NCBI GenBank assembly: GCA_030704615.1
Contig: CM060732.1
Coordinates: 46,562,001-46,626,000 of the forward strand
Origin: Takakia lepidozioides
Lineage: Eukaryota > Plantae > Bryophyta
Reading direction: 5' to 3'
Length of the DNA: 64,000 bases
In this document: positions 1 through 12,320 of the stretch, piece after piece
How positions within the stretch are numbered: position 1 is the first letter of the stretch
How the letters are laid out: every line of letters starts with the position of its first letter
Notes under the pieces: generated by a model
Told to the model about the DNA's origin: nothing
Database searches by the model: none
The model's input: the letters and a program-made list of their open reading frames with translations, nothing else
Translations under genes and position numbers: made by a program

Positions 1-240
1 GACATGGTATACATCAGATACTTCATTTGCAAATCATGTTAACAGATCCAGATACAAGGCAAGTCTCCCGATTCCATAAGCAGTGATATATCAAGCATAT
101 ATTATAACGCCATTTCTAGTTTCTGCTTCTGCCACAATTTCCCCACAGATGCCAGCTAAAGGACCAACAGCCACACTTTGATGATAGGGGGTGCCTTGAG
201 AACACCCTCATCAAGAATTACCCAGTGATATTGTGACACA
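1..240 (-). mobile_element. Possible highly decayed non-LTR (LINE) reverse transcriptase relic
   Basis: The minus strand has GGTGTTCTCAAGGCACCCCCTATCA, resembling a frameshifted GVPQG-PLS motif, followed by TTTGCAAATGAA (FANE, near FADD) at plausible spacing. Confidence 0.3.
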
Positions 241-249
241 ATTGATCAA

Positions 250-1585
250 ATCAGGCACTGCTTTCTTCAACACATTTCACCCGTTTTTCCCTCTCTAAGA
301 TCTGCCCTAAATTTCCATGTTGAATTCTGCAAGTTAGTTGGTTGAGTGAATCTAGTTTGGAGTGACTTTGACATAATACTGCCAATGTGACAACATGGAA
401 GTATCCAGAAACAGGTAACAGAGACGAGGAGAGGCTATGAATACTTTTCTGACCCCAGTCAATGGTGGGACAATGGAGGCAAAAGATGAATGCCTCACAG
501 AGAGTAGCAGATGCAATTAAGCATAGGAACTAGTGTGATAAGTTGAGTTGGGTGTTTCCTAGAACAAATCTAGTCTGTCATTGTTAGCTGATAGCAGCAA
601 GGCAAGGATGTATGTATGATTTGTGGAGAGGCATGGATAGCTGAAGAAGCAGGGATAGTGTGTGGGTGGACAGATTCATCCAAGAGGGTCGGACTTCAAG
701 CTCCAGATGACCTATGATTCCATGTGGATCAATAGCTACAATAAACCTGCATGGGTAGATGGTCAACTAAAGGCAGCAGCTGCAGCGGCACAGTTGATAG
801 AATCAGGCACCTCAACCATGACCACAGCTTCTGAAGAGAGATCAAGAGAGGGAGTCCACAATGCCTCTTCTGGCACTTCTGGGCATGTGAAGATACTTTA
901 TGCAGCAGGCAGCCTGACAGAGGCTCTACAGACTCCAAACCAAGGAGGTTTTTTCAGCGGATTCAGATACGTATGTCTGTCTCTTGCTTAAGTGCATCAA
1001 GATGGAAGGTCTGGAAGCTGGAAAGCAGGTGCACACTCACTGGATAGCTACAAAAAACCTGCATGGGTAGATGGTCAACTGGAAGCCGCAGCAGCAGCGG
1101 TACAATTGATAATTCAGGCACTGCTAATGAAGGCACTTCAACACATTTACCCCTGTTTTCCCCTCTTATAATCGGCCCTAAATTTTAATGTTGAATTCTG
1201 CAAGTTAGCTGGTTGAGTGAACCTGGGATAGGTTGGAGTGACTTTGACATGATACTGCCAATGTGACGACAAGAAAGTATCCACAAACAGGTAATAGAGA
1301 TGAGGAGAAGCTGTGGAATGAATACTTTTCTGATCCCAATCAATGGTGGGACAACCGAGGCAAAAAGATGAATGCCTGTCAGATTACTAGATGTCATTCT
1401 GAACACTGCCCCTGCCCTGGTGGACATGTATGCCAAATGTGGGTGCATCGAGGATGCCAAGGGAGTGTTCAACACTATGGCTGAACATGTTGGTGTTCAT
1501 GGAGTGCGATGCTTGCAGGGTATGCACAGCAGGGGTGCGAGATGGAGGCTTTGGAGACCTATGAGCAAATGATGGGGGAAGGGGT
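250..1585 (+). pseudogene. Fragmented OSB-type PDF-motif + PLS-class PPR gene
   Basis: Exon A encodes RDEEKLWNEYFSDPNQWWDNRGKK (1263-1367; decayed copy at ~400-486). After an acceptor (GGACAG, ~673), exon B encodes IHPRGSDFK..TYDSMWINSYNKPAWVDGQL, a split PDF motif. It continues into AGSLTEAL..., then after a frameshift DTYVCLLLKCIKMEGLEAGKQVH and PPR text (NTALVDMYAKCGCIEDAKGVFNTM; MLAGYAQQG..EALETYEQM). Frameshifts, deletions and donors mutated from GT to AT are present. Confidence 0.8.
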
Positions 1586-1940
1586 TTTCGTGCTTCCCTA
1601 CCTGTCCACTTATTCTCGAGTCATCTCATACTGGGTAACCTTCCAGGGCCTTCCGCCATTTGAGGGAATCGTTCATATTAGCAGTGGCGTTCGGTCACTG
1701 TTTCAAAGGAATAAACCGTGTGAATTTCTGTACAGATTCATTGGCGCTTCAGAGTAGACACATTTAGATTTTCTTTTCGTGCTTCCCTATCTGTCCACTT
1801 ATTATCGAATCACTGCATATTGGGTAACCTTCCAGGGCCTTCCGCCATTTGAGGGATCGTTCATGTTTCGGTCACTGTTTCAAAGGAATAAACCTTGTGA
1901 ACGTCTGTACATATTCATTGGCGCTTCAGAGTGGAGACAT
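1585..1940. repeat. Tandem duplication of a ~185-bp unit truncating the PPR fragment
   Basis: TTTTCGTGCTTCCCTA...CATTGGCGCTTCAGAGT occurs at ~1585-1762 and ~1774-1940. Confidence 0.85.
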
Positions 1941-3300
1941 GAGCGCTGGTGATGATTCGTAACAACGACATTAGTCCTATTGGCAGTTGGCAGATGTCAA
2001 TTCATTTCCAGGGAGTTAGACGTATGTATGCTGAAATTCTTGAAAACGGAATTAGCCCCATATGTTAATAATTAGGTTATGCATGTGGGGCATAGTCTGA
2101 CTATCGTATATCTGGGTACCTACTATTTAGACTACTCGGTTGCTAGTCTGGGTTAGCAAGTGGACCGTTTTTTAAGAGACCAGAGAGGCAACTTAACAGA
2201 GGCTCTTCGATTCAGGTGAGTCCTTGCGAGGGCAGATGTGGCAAAGATCTGATAGAGATCTGAAGAGAAAATTCAGGAATTACATTTCTGCAACTGTCCA
2301 GCAAACCTACCTCCCAAATTTCTTGTCTTTGCTTACATTTCCTTTAAATTTTTCACTTCTGCTTGTTTCCTAGTTTGGTAGAAGGCCACTCTTTTCTGGG
2401 CGTGCTACAACATTTCTCTATAAGCAGCAGGGATAAATTGCATGAGAAACATACATAGTTGTAACATACAGAGTTGTAGCTTGCTAAGTAGGCATCAAGA
2501 GAGATTGTGTATCAGATGGCCACTAGTCACTGAATCTAGTTTCATGCTACTATTTGCCATAAACTATAGAACGTAGGATTAACAGTGACACCTCGTTGGA
2601 AGTGCAGGTGAAGGAGAGGATTATAACATACTGTTAGATCGCACTTTGCACCTGACTTCCCAGCAAAGCGGTTTAGCATCAACCTCGGTCTGGTTGGGTT
2701 ACCTTCACTGATTGACCATGGTTACTAGCTGGTTGCAATATTGATTGGTCCTCTATCCATGGATGCGATTGGTCTTCACTGTTCTCCCACAAACATCCTA
2801 AATATGAGACGAAATTAAGATTTGCAATTGTTTGTGGTTGATGGCAGGAACCTATTTACTGTGGTGCAATAAACACTGTGGAAAAGCTTGTGAAGGAGTT
2901 CAAGTTCTCAACCATGGCTGTTGAAAGAGCTGTGAAATGTTGTCATAAGTGCCCGTACCCAGATTGGTAATAGCTCAACTTCCACATCCTGAAGTGAAAA
3001 CACTGATGTGTAGCATGACATTTGCAGACACCCCAGTGTGGAATGCACAGGAGATCCAGATTGCTGATCTGGTAGATTTTCTTCAGAGTCATGCCGAAGA
3101 GTGTTTTTGGGGTTCTATTCAGGCAGACTCCAAGACTTATGTCTGTCTCTTGCAAGATTGCATCAAAATGGAAGCCCTGGCAGAGGGTAAGTGGGTGCAT
3201 GCCCATATCATACAAAGTGACTTCTCAACTTGTCTGCCAAGTGGGGGAGCATGATGGATGCATAACATCTTTTTGACAAAATGCCTAAACGGAATATATT

Positions 3301-4029
3301 TGTCGCGGCCTTTGCCTTGAGGGCAGGGGGTCGGGACACATGAGGGGCTGCCCCTGTGGTGGGGGCGGCAGCAGCGATAGGTATGGGGGGCTGAAGCACC
3401 CTTGAGTGCCCGAGGCACTCAAGGAGGCGGAGGCGCTCACTAGGTGGAGCCCCGCACACCGGGTTGCGGTGGGGGTGGCTCCACAAGGGTGTGGGTAGCT
3501 TAGCGGGACTTAGTGGGGGTGGCATAGGACTCACCATGGGGGCGGAGACCTCGTGGTGGGAGTCGTGGGGAGTCTTGGGACTCATCACGGTCCATAGGGG
3601 CCGTGGTGAGTGGGCCAAGACTCACCGCGACTCTCACCACGGGGAGTCGAGGGTTTTCGTGGTGGTTTGCGATAAAATGGCATGGCTGGTTGTGAAACCC
3701 CCGCGGACAGCTACAGAAGTATATATAAGGGGAGTAGTGACCCCGAGAACGGTGCAAGCCCGTTGGTGACCAAAAACTAGTGAGTAAGCGAGCGAGCCGG
3801 AAAGCGACCAAAGAGTGGGGAGCTGTTCCGGACTGCCATCTACCAAAGGAAAATTACACTAGGCCCAAATAGGTGGAGGGTTTTGGGGGGGGAGCGAAGG
3901 GGGACCGTTATGTCCCGGTGAGCAGCCGAAGCTCCAAGTTGGCCCGGCGGCCAGGTTGGGAGTCAGCGCGCGCATCAAAGCGAGTAACTATGACTTGAAG
4001 GGGAGCTTACCGAAGTGAGGTGCGCGACA
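3301..4029 (+). mobile_element. Solo LTR (729 bp) with 5-bp TSD
   Basis: It starts TGTCGCG and ends CGCGACA (inverted termini) and is flanked by ATATT at 3296-3300 and 4030-4034. A TATA-like ATATATAAG lies at 3721. Removing it restores the PPR reading KMPKRNIFMW. Confidence 0.9.
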
Positions 4030-4789
4030 ATATTCATGTGGACTATAATCATGACCTGATATGCCAAACATGGGTATGCTCAGGAGGCTCTCAAAATGTA
4101 TGGCCGAATGCAAGAGGAAGGGGTGACACCTGACAAGGTCACATACACTACCGTCCTTAATGCATGTGTCACCCAATGAGCCCTGGAAAGTGGCAGTGAA
4201 ATCCATGCTGATATCATCAAAACTGGAATTCAGTCAGACAATATTTTGGACACTGCTCTTGTCCACATGTATGCCAGTTGCGGGAGGGTGAAGGATGTGC
4301 GTGAAGTGTTGGACAGAAGGTCTAAGCACGATGTGGTCTCATGGAGTGCCATGATCACAGGGTATGCTCAGCTTGGACATGGTGAAGATGCTCTCAAAAT
4401 CTATGAGCAAATGCAATAGTAGGGGGTGATGCCTGACAGAGTCATGTATATTACGATTGTCGATGCCTGTGCTAGCTTAGGAGCACTGGAAAAAGGGAAG
4501 TAGATCCATGCTGACATCAAGGAAGCTGGAATTGTGTCATATGTTAATTTGGAAACTACTCTAGTCCATATGTATGCCAGATGCGGGAGTGTGAAAGAGG
4601 CACATTAAGTGCTTGACAAAATGGATAATTTGATGTGGTGTCATGGTGAAGAGCCCTCAAAATCTATGAGCAAATGCAAAGGGACTGAGTGATGGCTGAC
4701 AAGGTTATATTCATCAGTCTTCTCAATGCGTGTGCCAGCCTAGGAGCCCTGGAAAAAGCCAAGTGGATCCATGCTGACATTATCCAAGT

Positions 4790-5003
4790 GTAGGGTAAGC
4801 AACGTGCGTGGGTTGCTTCCCCAACGTAAAGAATTTTCGAAAAAAAAATGCCTTGCCCGGTTGGCAAGGAGTGTTACGGAGTGTCAGCCACTGGCGCGGG
4901 GTGCTTACACTCCGTAAGCCACTCTAGCAACGTGGCACTATATTCCACGAAATAAGCCCACTCGAAATACAAAGGATGTTTTTTGGAAATTCTTTACGCT
5001 CAA
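4790..5003. mobile_element. Small MITE-like insertion in the PPR pseudogene
   Basis: About 210 bp of non-PPR sequence with an imperfect inverted repeat (CGTAAAGAATTTTCGAAAAAA at ~4825 vs TTTTTTGGAAATTCTTTACG at ~4980). No clear TSD. Confidence 0.4.
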
Positions 5004-5441
5004 ATTACATCATATATTAATTTGGAAAATGCCCTTGTCGACACCTATGCAATTTGTGGCAGTGCCGGAGCAAATATGCATTACAAAAAAAGCAACCAAG
5101 CTTTTTCATGAAAGCGTGACATTAAATCAAAATTCAAACGATTTAAAATTACAACCAATTGAAAATAAGATGAAAAAGATGTCATATAAACAACATTCAT
5201 AATCCATCTACTTATTGTACCAAAACGAGCCAGAATCATTACACCGGTCAAATTAATATCAAATGAAACAAGCGTCAAATTGCAATGTACTCTCTTGTTT
5301 GGCAAAAAAATAAAGAGGAAGGGAAACTAGGGAGCATGACACAGCACAACACACCAATCGGAGGACACGCTGTAAGGTCTTTGACCACATTTTCTCCCTT
5401 GACTTCAACTTGATGCGTAGTCTCTCTCATAAAACTTGAAT

Positions 5442-6000
5442 CACTACAACAAATCGCGGTATATATGACTGTATATATGACTATCCCGTAGTCATAAACG
5501 GTACATATGACTGCAATGACTTTAAGTCGTGCAAACCAAGTGAATACAATGAGTACAGTATGGTCGGTCATGGATGACTGCAGTCAAATGAACCAAGTGA
5601 TACATCTCACTGACGTACTTCTACCATACATGACTTAGTGTGCTGCTGCAAACTGTACACGTGTCTCTTTTTAATAAGTCCAGGAGGTTTTGTGGATGTA
5701 CGCTATATGGCGTCTCCAGAATCTGCCACGTGGCATATCGATGAGGTGGTCCTGCAATTATCATCCTGACTACAACCATGTTAATATCTGGACACGTGAC
5801 ATATATTGAGGAGGTCATGATCCTGACTACAACATGCTGATATCTAGACACGTGGCATGTATTGAGGAGGTCTTGCAGTCATGATTCCGACTATGACATG
5901 ATGATATGTGGACACGTGGCATCATATGAAGGGTTGTTTGGAACTTTTAAAAATATTGGACAGTCAGAACCACGACTATGCTTATCTCGTTAGGGTTAGT
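5442..6000 (+). mobile_element. CACTA (En/Spm) left terminus with subterminal repeats
   Basis: CACTACAACAAATCGCGG at 5442, followed by many ATGACT/AGTCAT motifs and ~59-bp tandem units containing CACGTG (5700-5925). A near-identical terminus is at 15791. Confidence 0.7.
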
Positions 6001-6364
6001 AGAGATTAGGGTTAGTATTATTCAAATATTGAACAAAGAGAATAACAAAAGGAAGAACAAAGAGACAAAAAATGACTGTGCAAATGAATGTTTTATTCAC
6101 ATGCAAGAATCATATGAAAGAACAAAGTCAGCAAGTGCAAAGGACAAAACATAGGTACTTAAAGACAGCAGTAGATGTAAGAGCTTCTCTTAAACTGCTG
6201 CCAGTCAAATTTACAATATAGCACCGGAATCCCAAAATCTGGCTCCTCAAACAATAGTCTGACAAAATGCAAAGGACGCTACATGATATGCATTGAAGAT
6301 AACAACACATGTAAAATGCAAATGTCGTTCTACGTTTGCTACTGTTCCAGCACAACAACAAATC

Positions 6365-9300
6365 AGCATGATAGGGTGCACCCACATTCCGCATGTACGC
6401 GTCCACAAGGGTATTGTTCAGAATGACTATATTTGGTACAATTCCAGCTCTGACAATGTTACCATGGACTTCTGTGCCCTTTTCCAGAGCTGCCAGGCTT
6501 GCACATGCATTGCAAATGCACAAAACGTGATGTGGTCGGGCTTCACCCCTTCCCCCATCATTTGATAATAGGTCTCCAAAGCCTCCATACCACGTCCCTG
6601 CTGTGCATACCCTGCAAGCATCGTGTTCTACAACACCACATCTCATTCAGTCATAGTGTTGAAAACTCCCTTCGCATCCTTAATGCACCCACATTTGGCG
6701 TACATGTCCACCAAGGCAGTGTTCAGAATGACATCCGGTACAATTCCAGCTTTGACGATGTCACCATGGACCTCTTTCTGGCCTCTTGGATGAATCTGGA
6801 CCCACACTCTATCCCTGCTCCTTCAGCTATCCATGCCTCTGCACAAATCATGCACACATCCTTGCCTTGCTGCTAGCAGTTGACAATGACAGCTTACATT
6901 TGTTCTAGGAAACACCCAACTCAACTTATCACACTAGTTCCTATGCTCAATTGCATCTGCTACTCTCTATAATTAGACAAACATTCACCTTCTTGCCTCG
7001 ATTGTGCCACCATTGACTGGGTAAGAAAAGTATTCATTCCACAGCTTCTCCTCATCTCTGTTACTTGTTTCTGGATACTTTCCTGTTGTCACATTGGTAG
7101 TATCATGTCAAAGTCACTCCAAACTATCAAAGGTTTACTCAACCAACTAACATGCATAATTCAACATGGAAACTTAGGATCGATTATGATAAAAAGGAAA
7201 AACAGGGTGAAATGTGTTGAAGGTGCCTTCATTAGCAGTGCCTGATTTATCAATTCCACATAGCTTCAGCTTCCAGTTGACCATCTATCCATGCAGGTTG
7301 CTAGTAGCTATTGATCCACAAGGAATCATAGGAGCTTGAAGTCCATACATGTCCACCAGGGCAGTGTTCAGAATGGCATCTGGTACAATTCCAACTTTGA
7401 CGATGTCACCATGGACCTCTTTCCCCTTTTCCAGAGCTCCAAGCTTGCACGCATTGCAAACACAAACAAACATGATGTGGTTGGGCTTCACCCCTTCGCG
7501 CATCAGTTGCTCATAGGTCTCCAAAGCATTCCTACCACACCCATGCTTGGTAACTCCTGCCAACATTATATTCCACATGATCAAAGTTCGTTGAGGCATT
7601 CTGTTGAACACTTGGTGAGCATCCATGATGCTCCCGCACTTAACATACATGGAGACAAGGGTGTTGAGTAGAAAAACATTTGGCGTGCATCTTCTTTGGA
7701 TAATGTAAGTGTGCACCTGCTTTCTAGCGTCCAGACCTTCCATCTTGATGCACTTAAGCAAGGGATAGACACACGTACCTGAATCTGCTGAAATGCCTCA
7801 TTGGCTTAAAGTCTATAGAGCCTCTGTCAGTCTGCCTACCGCAAAGCATCTTCACATGCCCAGAAGTGCCAGAAGAGGCATTGTGGATTCCCTTTCTTGA
7901 TCCTCTTTCAGAAGCTGTGGTCATGATTGAGGTACTTGCGAGCATGGCATTCCACGACACCACATCTCATTCCCCCCACGTTCCATGACACCACATCTCG
8001 TTCAGTCAGAGTGTGGAAAACTCCATTCGCATCAAACATGTCATCCAGGGCAGTGTTCAGGACCTCTTTCCCCTTTCCCAGAGCTCCCAGGCTTGCACAC
8101 GCATTGCAAACACAAACAAATGTGATGTGGTTGGGATTCTCCCCTTTGCACATCATTTGAATGCTCATAGTTCTCAAAAGCCTCCATCCCACGCCCTCGT
8201 TGTGCATATTCTGCAATCATCGCATCCTGCAATCATTACGCTCCAAGACACCACATTGCGTTCAGCCATTAGGTCGAACATTCCCTTTGCATCCTCAATG
8301 CACCGACATTTAGCATACATATCCACCAGGGTACTATTCAAAATGACATCTGGTCAAATTCCAGCTTTGACAATGTCCCCATGGACTTCCTTGCATTTAT
8401 CTAGCGCTGCCAGGCTCGCACACACCTTGCAAACCTAACCTGGGATGATCTGGTCGGGCTTCACCCCTTCCCTCATCATTTGCTCATAGGTTGCCAAAGC
8501 CTCCATCCCGCGCCCTTGCTGTGCATGAGCTGTGATCATCGCAGTCCAAGACACCACATCTCGTTCGGTCATATTAGGCAGCTGCAACGTACGGTGGACC
8601 AAAAATGCTGTCACAACACTGTTTTTTTTTTACCTTGATTAGTTGTGAATTATCATACTCCTAAATGGCAATGCTGGTAGTAAAAAAGGACTAAGCTAGG
8701 AAGGCTCAACTACATATATTTCCCCTATTCCAAGTCTCATAACCAAAAAAGCAAAAGTTAGAATATTGGACTTGTGAACAAGTCCATAAGGATTTGTTAT
8801 AGTCCATATAAAATGTCGTTATGGACTTTTTAAAAGCATGATTCATAGAAAATTAGAAAAATGGACTTGACCAAATGTGCTCCGAGGGATAAAGAATTTA
8901 GAATGAAAACACCCACTAAAAAATATTAAGTAAAATAAACTTTATGTACTATTTTGAGCCTTCAAAATAACTATTTTCGTAAAGTCCTTTACGTATGGAA
9001 TTCTTTGAAATATCAACACTACCTCATTAAATAAATAGACCAAGGGTAGACCCATGGGGGTAAATCAAGGTCAAATTTGAAAAAAAATATTGTGATCTAG
9101 AACTATCGCGATTTGAAAATAAAGTCTTTAATGGTCAATAATAGACGATTGAGATCGTAAATTGAAGCGAATCCAATGGTTGAGGATACGCCACAACCCT
9201 TTTTATGTACTTTTAGGGACTCATGGTGCGTCTCATTTTGGTCCACCGTAGGCTGCAACTACCCTATTGTCCAACAATCCCTTTGCATCCTCGATGCTCT

Positions 9301-9445
9301 CAAATTTCACATACATGTTCATTAGAGCAGTGTTCAGAACAACATCTGGTACGATTCCAGCTTTGACAATGTCAGCATGGACCTCTTTGCCCTTTTCCAG
9401 GGCTGCCAGGATCACACACGCATTGCAAATACAAACATGGGTGAT
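6365..9445 (-). pseudogene. Inverted, rearranged PDF-motif + PLS PPR fragments
   Basis: Reverse-complement homolog of 250-1585 (PDF exon ~6985-7110 with an intact AAG|GTGAAT donor; intron remnant 6780-6970). ORF 7285-7761 reads LLKCIKMEGLDARKQVH..NVFLLNTLVSMYVKCGSIMDAHQVFNRMPQRTLIMWN. Further PLS repeats lie at 6365-6775, 7950-8575 and 9265-9445. Confidence 0.85.
8576..9264. mobile_element. Non-autonomous TIR element (MITE) with 4-bp TSD, Sola2-like termini, copy 1
   Basis: ~31-bp TIRs (consensus GGGYAGTTGCAGCSTACGGTGGACCAAAATG). TSD TATT at 8572-8575 and 9265-9268. Excision restores the PPR reading GLLDNMTERDVV on the minus strand. Confidence 0.9.
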
Positions 9446-9984
9446 GTACTTCCTGTCGATGTACAAAAAGGGTGGCAGCGGGCGGAAAGAAAAAGGGATA
9501 TGAAGGAAGAGGGGCTGCACTCGTCGGAGTAGATGAGGGAAGGGAAGATGAAGGAGATGGAGGTCGCGTCTGACTTGCAAATCTCGCTAAGTCCTCAGCC
9601 CCTCACTGCACTTACAAAGCAGAGAGAGTCTCCTTTACTCTATAGAAAATCGACACGTGTCATTATAGTTAAGAAATAATGCCATATAAGTTACAATTAA
9701 TAAAAATGTCTCCGGGTTCAACCCGCAGTCGTTAAAAACAACTCCAATTTATCATAATTTTAAAAATATATATTTTTTTATTTTCTGGTAATCGACGTAT
9801 AAATCGACACCAAACCCGGAGTGGTTTCGGCGACTTCTGATCCTCATCCGCCATGCCACCATGGCCCCAATTTGCCTGGGACGACTGACAAGTCGCCATT
9901 CAGAACCTGGAGTCCCGGGCACAATCGTTTCAGACAGAACCACAACCGCGAATCGGGTGCGAAAAGCACCTATTCCTTGTAGTG
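9446..9984 (+). mobile_element. CACTA right-terminus fragment
   Basis: Ends in TATTCCTTGTAGTG (reverse complement CACTACAAGGAATA) and abuts a truncated PPR repeat at 9445. A related CATTACAAGGAAT start is at ~24751. Confidence 0.55.
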
Positions 9985-10489
9985 ATGGGGTTTTAATTTT
10001 TTTCCCCTTCAATAACTTATAATAAATTCAGATTGTGTGAGCAATTCATGGCCTTCAACCAAACTGTCTTTTGGCTTTGCTGCATTGAAGGACAGACGTT
10101 CATCAAGGCCACTTTAAAGTGGGGTTGTATAATCAGGGATACAATCCCTTTGTTATGTGAAATAATAATAATAATTATTATTTCTTTATTTTATTTTATT
10201 TTTTTAAAGAGAAAGGGATGGGAACACTGTTAATCAAATTAAGGAACGAGGAAAAAAATAACCTTGTGGGGGGCCATGAGGCAGAACAATGGGGGGAACT
10301 TACCACTATGGAGAACAGAATTTTTATATCACCTCTACACAGGTCATGGCTCATAAACTTATGTTGCTGATACTCCAGTCACGGCTGCAGCAGATTCCAC
10401 CTACACTAGTGATCCTACAAGTGCTGCCCCAGGGCCCACACATAAATATCATGTCTCACATGTCTTCCATGTCAACCCCGTCAGGATGA

Positions 10490-12320
10490 CGTTGTTGAGG
10501 AGGGGTAGGAGGTGGACCCTCATGTCTTGGAGCTAGTATCACCTGAGTTGTGGCCATGGTAGCAAGGCTTCTTTGCTCTAGCTGCTGAAGCTGGTTGGCC
10601 ATGCTTTGGTTAGTGCCCTGACCTCCACGTCCTTGGCTATGCGATACTTACCCTCGTCCTATACCTTGTGCCTGACCACCTCGTCTTCTCTGGGCTGTAG
10701 CACCTCGCCCCTAACCACCATTGTTTTCTTGATGTTACCTGCACACAATTCAGGATGAAGAGGGGATGAAGGTCATAGCAATGGACCATGCCGTGACCAT
10801 ATTTGCCACAATGATCAAATTGCAGTTATGCAGGTTGAGCTTGTGTCTGACTCTTGTCTTTATCTAGGAAAACCTTATTGAGATGGGGTCCTCCACATAA
10901 CCAATACACCACGCGTCTGCTATTGTTGGCTTGGAGTGACCATGTTCTTGTTTAGTTCCCCACCGTCCAATTCTTGCACAGAACAAGTACTCGATTCCGG
11001 CTCCATGGTTGAAGCCGGGAACATGTCAAATGTAACAGCCATGTCATCTTCATTGTCCATAAATGGGACCTGGAGTTTAGCATTGTACTGCTTCCTTTTG
11101 TTTTCAGCCAAATCCATCAACCTAAGACTGACCTCACCTAACATATCATCACTATCACAAAAGGTGCGGCATTGCCCCCATGCTCTAATTTCAGTAGGCA
11201 AACCCCTCAAAAAGTGCAATTTCAACATCATTTCTCTAATTAATGGCTATATCTGAAATGTTTTATGTGGCAGCAGCTTTCAGATCCAAGTAAATACTGC
11301 CAGAGCATTCTCCTTCCTTGTAAGGTTGAGCACGCAATTTATCCAAGCTATCCAAGGGCCTCTTTGTAGGTTTGAATATACTAAGGGCACTGGACTTGTA
11401 ACCTTTTCCCAATTCAGATCTGGTTCCCCACTTAAAGCAACATGAAGGAGATCATGGGCCTCCCCTTGCACGCTCATACGAAAGGTTCCCGGTTTTGACT
11501 TCTTCGGAGGCTTTGTTCATATTGTTATCTCAAACATGTCTAGGTAATTTTTTTTATCTTACTCCCATTCTATACTCAAGATATGGATAAGTTAGAATTA
11601 TAATAACATTACACATTTGACTAGCAATTTTGTCGTCACATGAACCCATATGTTGAGCATTCAGGGGCCGGTCCTTATCATTTTCAAAATTAAGCTTCAC
11701 ATGCCTCCTCTTGTGGATGGTCATCCCTCCCATGGCTTGGGAGAGAGGCAACACTGTTGGCTGGGTGGACCAAGAGTCCAGGGCAGGCTGATCATATCTA
11801 ACTAGCAACCGGACGAGACCGAGCACCTGAATTAGCAAGGTTTGACGGATAAAGAGAGTGTGTTGTATACCTGGGAGTACCACGCAGGGCTCAAACTTCT
11901 TGCATAGGCACAGCTCGGGGTCCCCTGGAAATATGGGACATAAGAATCGAGCCCCATGGCTGCCCTACATGTAATTTCTCCCTGATTTCGAGCCTTCTTG
12001 AAGACATGGTGGAGGTCCTACCAAGCTCGGTCCCTGAGCACTGAAGCTTGTTTCATCAAGTTGTTCCTCGTCGTGCCTACATCCCCACCAAGTCCATGTG
12101 GCCCATCCCCCACAAAAGGGGTACTAACAACAATAGACCGTTCACTACTCATACTTACAGGCCTACCATTTGTGGCATCAATTCTAGGGTTGCCAAATCC
12201 CTCTTCCATCGTAACCAAATTTGATTCCTCAAATATCTCACTCCTATGCATCCTTGCTAGCTGAGATAACACAGGTAGAGGCATAGGCGTACTACTCATA
12301 TTCCTACCAGATCTCAACCA
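10490..12320 (-). mobile_element. Decayed LTR-retrotransposon gag relic
   Basis: Contains MLKLHFLRGLPTEIRAW (gag-like F..GL), a degenerate zinc knuckle FDHCGKYGHGMVHCYDLHP (~10765-10825) and coiled-coil-like MANQLQQLEQ..LATMATTQ. Many stops and frameshifts. Bases 10510-10660 are duplicated at 24605-24750. Confidence 0.6.

Larger units (their letters stand above)
2949..5066 (+). pseudogene. PLS-class PPR pseudogene interrupted by a solo LTR and a small insertion
   Basis: The translation includes DSKTYVCLLQDCIKMEALAEGKWVHAHII, then FDKMPKRNIF|MWT (rejoined across the LTR), then repeated P-L-S text (PDKVTY, LDTALVHMYASCG, DVVSWSAMITGYAQLGHGEDAL, LENALVDTYAICG). It carries many stops and frameshifts. 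No E or DYW domain is seen. Confidence 0.85.
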
